From Pristiophorus japonicus (Eukaryota), in contig NC_092006.1 in the NCBI RefSeq assembly GCF_044704955.1, positions 5,952,001 through 6,016,000 on the forward strand: a DNA stretch of 64,000 nt. The letters run 5' to 3'. The notes under the pieces were generated by a model. It was given only the letters and a program-made list of their open reading frames with translations, was not told where the DNA came from and ran no database searches. The position numbers and the translations under genes are program-made. This document shows positions 61,285 to 64,000 of the stretch, in pieces (the stretch's first letter is position 1; every line of letters begins with the position of its first letter).

Positions 61285-61918
61285 ACACAGGGACAGGAGG
61301 AGGCCATTCAGTCCCTCGAGCCTGTTCCGGCATTCAATGAGATCATGGCTGATCATTCACCTCAGTACCCCTTTCCTGCTTTCTCTCCATACCTCTTGAT
61401 CCCTTAAGCCGGAAGGGCCACATCTAACTCCCTCTTGAATATATTTAACGAACTGGCCTCAACAACTTTCTGTGGTAGAGAATTCCACAGGTTCACAATT
61501 CTCTGAGTGAAGAAGTTTCTCCTCATCTCGGTCCTAAATGGCTTACCCCTTATCCTTAGACTGTGACCCCTGGTTCTGGACTTCCCCAACATCAGGAACA
61601 TTCTTCCTGCATCTAACCTGTCTGAACCCGTCAGAATTTTATATGTTTCTATGAGATCCCCTCTCATCCTTCTAAATTCCAGTGAGTATAAGCCCAGTCG
61701 ATCCAGTCTCTCCTCATATGTCAGTCCTGCCATCCCGGGAATCAGTCTGCTGAACCTTCGCTGCACTCCCTCAATAGCAAGAACATCCTTCCTCAGATTA
61801 GGAGACCAAAACTGAACACAATGCTCAAGGTGTGGTCTCACAAAGGCCCTGTACAACTGCAGTAAGACCTCCCTGCTCCTATACTCAAATCCCCTAGCTA
61901 TAAAGGCCAACATACCAT
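61285..61918 (-). mobile_element. CR1 3' fragment
   Basis: ORF2 C-terminus. Confidence 0.9.
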
Positions 61919-62349
61919 ATACCCGCCTGTGTTCTGTTAGTCTTAATACCTTTGTCTCAAATTCAATTGTATAATCACAAACGTATTATCTCTGATGAAC
62001 CTGCAGAATTTGGCAGCATAATAGAATGGAAATGTTGCATTTATAAAGTATTCCTTCATGTGTTTACGTGGTAACCTGTTTTATTATATTATATGTCGGC
62101 AAAAAGATGTATTTTTAATAAGGTTTAACCTGTTTTAAAATCATTGAAGGTGACTTTATAAAAGAAACTATACTGCACCATTTAATAGTTTCAATGGGGT
62201 GTACGCCAGTCAGTTTCTTAGAAAATTGAATTATTTTTTGATAGGAAAAAACTTGTAAAACGTTCCTGCCAGTGTACCTCAAAAATTGAGCGCGATTTGA
62301 AGATCGCTGTTGAAAAAGCACAATGGGCGGAGCTTCGCGATTTGTCCTG

Positions 62350-62580
62350 AGGGGGCGTGGCTACTTTTGGAGGCGTGACCAGTGTTGGAGGCGTGGCCAG
62401 TGTTGGAGGCGTGACCAGTGTTGGCGGCGTGACCAGTGTTGGGGGCGTGGCCGGTGTTGGGGGCGTGACCAGTGTTGGAGGCGTGGCCGGTGTTGGAGGC
62501 GTGACAGTGTTGGAGGCGTGGCCACTGTCGGGGGAGTGGCCGGTGTTGGAGGCGTGGCCGGTGTTGGGGGCGTGGCCAGG
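62350..62580 (+). repeat. 18 bp minisatellite, about 12 copies (TTGGAGGCGTG(A/G)CCAGTG)
   Basis: Period 18 (62367/62385/62403). Confidence 0.85.
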
Positions 62581-62821
62581 TTTGTGGGTGGGACTGTACC
62601 CATCGACATTGGGTCTTGAACCGACGTAAAATTCCCCCAGTCTTTCGGGCTGGTTCCATCGGGTTCGCGCAGTACTGGCGTAACCTTGTGGAAATTCTAC
62701 CGCAGTGTCAATTCAGCACTCAGTCGGAAACCTCGCCTCTCTTCGGCTGACCCCAGAACGGAGGAGGCTGCAAAGTGATCCCCAGGATCTGTAGCCCGTC
62801 CTCAACTCAATCCACCTCTCC

Positions 62822-63803
62822 TGGTGTTGGCCATATCTCAGTGGGTAACACCCTGCCCTCTGGGTCAGAAGGTCGTGTGTTCGAGCCTCCGCTCCAGAGA
62901 CTTGAGCCTCGTAATCCAGGCTGGTGCTCTCAGTGCCAGTACCGAGGGAGCGGTGCATTGAGGGGCAGTACTGAGGGAGTGCCGCACTGTCGGAGGGGCG
63001 GTACTGAGGGAGTGCCGCACTGTCGGAGGGGCGGTACTGAGGGAGCGCCACACTGTCGGAGGGGCAGTACTGAGGGAGCGCTGCACTGTCGGAGAGGCGG
63101 TACTGAGGGAGCGCCGCACTGTCGGAGGGGCAGTACCGAGGGAGCGCCGCACTGTCGGAGGGGCGGTACTGAGGGAGTGCCACACTGTCGGAGGGGCGGT
63201 ACTGAGGGAGCGCCGCACTGTCGGAGGGGCGGTACTGAGGGAGCGCCACACTGTCGGAGGGGCAGTACTGAGGGAGCACGGCACTGTTGGAGGGGCGGTA
63301 CTGAGGGAGCGCCGCACTGTCAGAGGGGCGCTACTGAGGGAGTGCCGCACTATCGGAGGGGCGGTACTGAGGGAGCGCCGCACTGTCGGAGGGGTGGTAC
63401 TGAGGGAGTGCCGCACTGTTGGAGGGGCGGTACTGAGGGAGCGCCGCACTGTCGGAGGGGCGGTACTGAGGGAGCGCCACACTGTCGGAGGTGCCGTCTT
63501 TCGGATGAGACGTTAAACCGAGGCCCCGTCTGCCCTCTCGGGTGGATGTAAAAGATCCCGGGGCCACTATTGGAAGAAGAGCAGGGGGAGTTCTCCCCGG
63601 TGTCCTGGGGCCCAATATTTATCCCTCAACCAACAGGTGACCTGGGTCGTTGTCACATTGCTGTTCTTGGGATCTTGCTGTGCGCAAATTGGCTGCCGCG
63701 TTTCCTACACTTCGAAAAGGTACCCCATTGGCTGTGAGGCGCTTGGGGACGCCTGGAGGAGGTGAGAGGTGCTATAGGAATGCAAGTGCTTTTTCTTTCT
63801 TTA
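62822..63803 (+). mobile_element. Deu-SINE with about 16 copies of the 33 bp unit
   Basis: Head, array, core and tail. Confidence 0.82.
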
Positions 63804-63826
63804 CTTTGTGTTTCTGCGATGTCCAG

Positions 63827-63954
63827 GTTTTCCGCGAAGACGGAATCATCTCTGGATATCGGCACCCAAAAAGCTCGGCCATGGACTGCCTCCTCAGCAC
63901 CTTTCAAATGACCAATGAGACACTTAACATTTGGACCCACTTCCTCCCTACGTG
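63827..63954 (+). CDS. PAQR6: PAQR6 second coding exon VFREDGIISGYRHPKSSAMDCLLSTFQMTNETLNIWTHFLPTW (gene continues beyond the window)
   Basis: tgtccAG / GTATGT, 128 nt. PAQR motifs SGYR and NETxNIWTH. EDGI.SGY, DC and HFLPTW favour PAQR6 over PAQR5. Confidence 0.92.
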
Positions 63955-64000
63955 GTATGTGATTGGTCGAGATGTGAGGTACGGGCGGGTGGGGTGCGTG

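Noticed and set aside
63827-63954. PAQR5 assignment
   Set aside because: The diagnostic residues as I recall them (EDGI.SGY, DC, HFLPTW) fit PAQR6 better. A tree is needed to be certain.

Overview
Eukaryotic genomic DNA, most likely from a cartilaginous fish. That call is an inference from the repeats: dense CR1 LINE 3' fragments, Deu-domain SINEs of the SacSINE1 type, and Tx1 and RTE pieces. The ORF track is mostly repeat-derived, and the real genes are spliced, so I assembled them by hand. The window holds a cluster of four non-rearranging, antigen-receptor-like genes. Each follows the plan leader / germline-joined VJ exon / C1-set exon / Cys-stalk plus TM exon / cytoplasmic exon(s) ending in a T-x-Y-A-x-L ITIM/ITSM-like motif. 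R0 (+, 1783-3688) is present only as its 3' half. R1 (-, 17921-9997, 312 aa), R2 (-, 30190-22379, 279 aa) and R3 (+, 37206-44833, 295 aa) are complete. The architecture matches the PRARP/VJ-C1 'antigen receptor precursor-like' class. R2 and R3 sit head-to-head with about 97% identical V exons but different TM and tail exons. The cluster is followed directly by the 5' end of PAQR6 (coding exons 60726-60776 and 63827-63954), whose human orthologue lies at 1q22 in an MHC-paralogous region. Several minisatellites have arisen inside retroposons. Three N gaps fall in R1 introns. All models are read by eye with no database or expression support.
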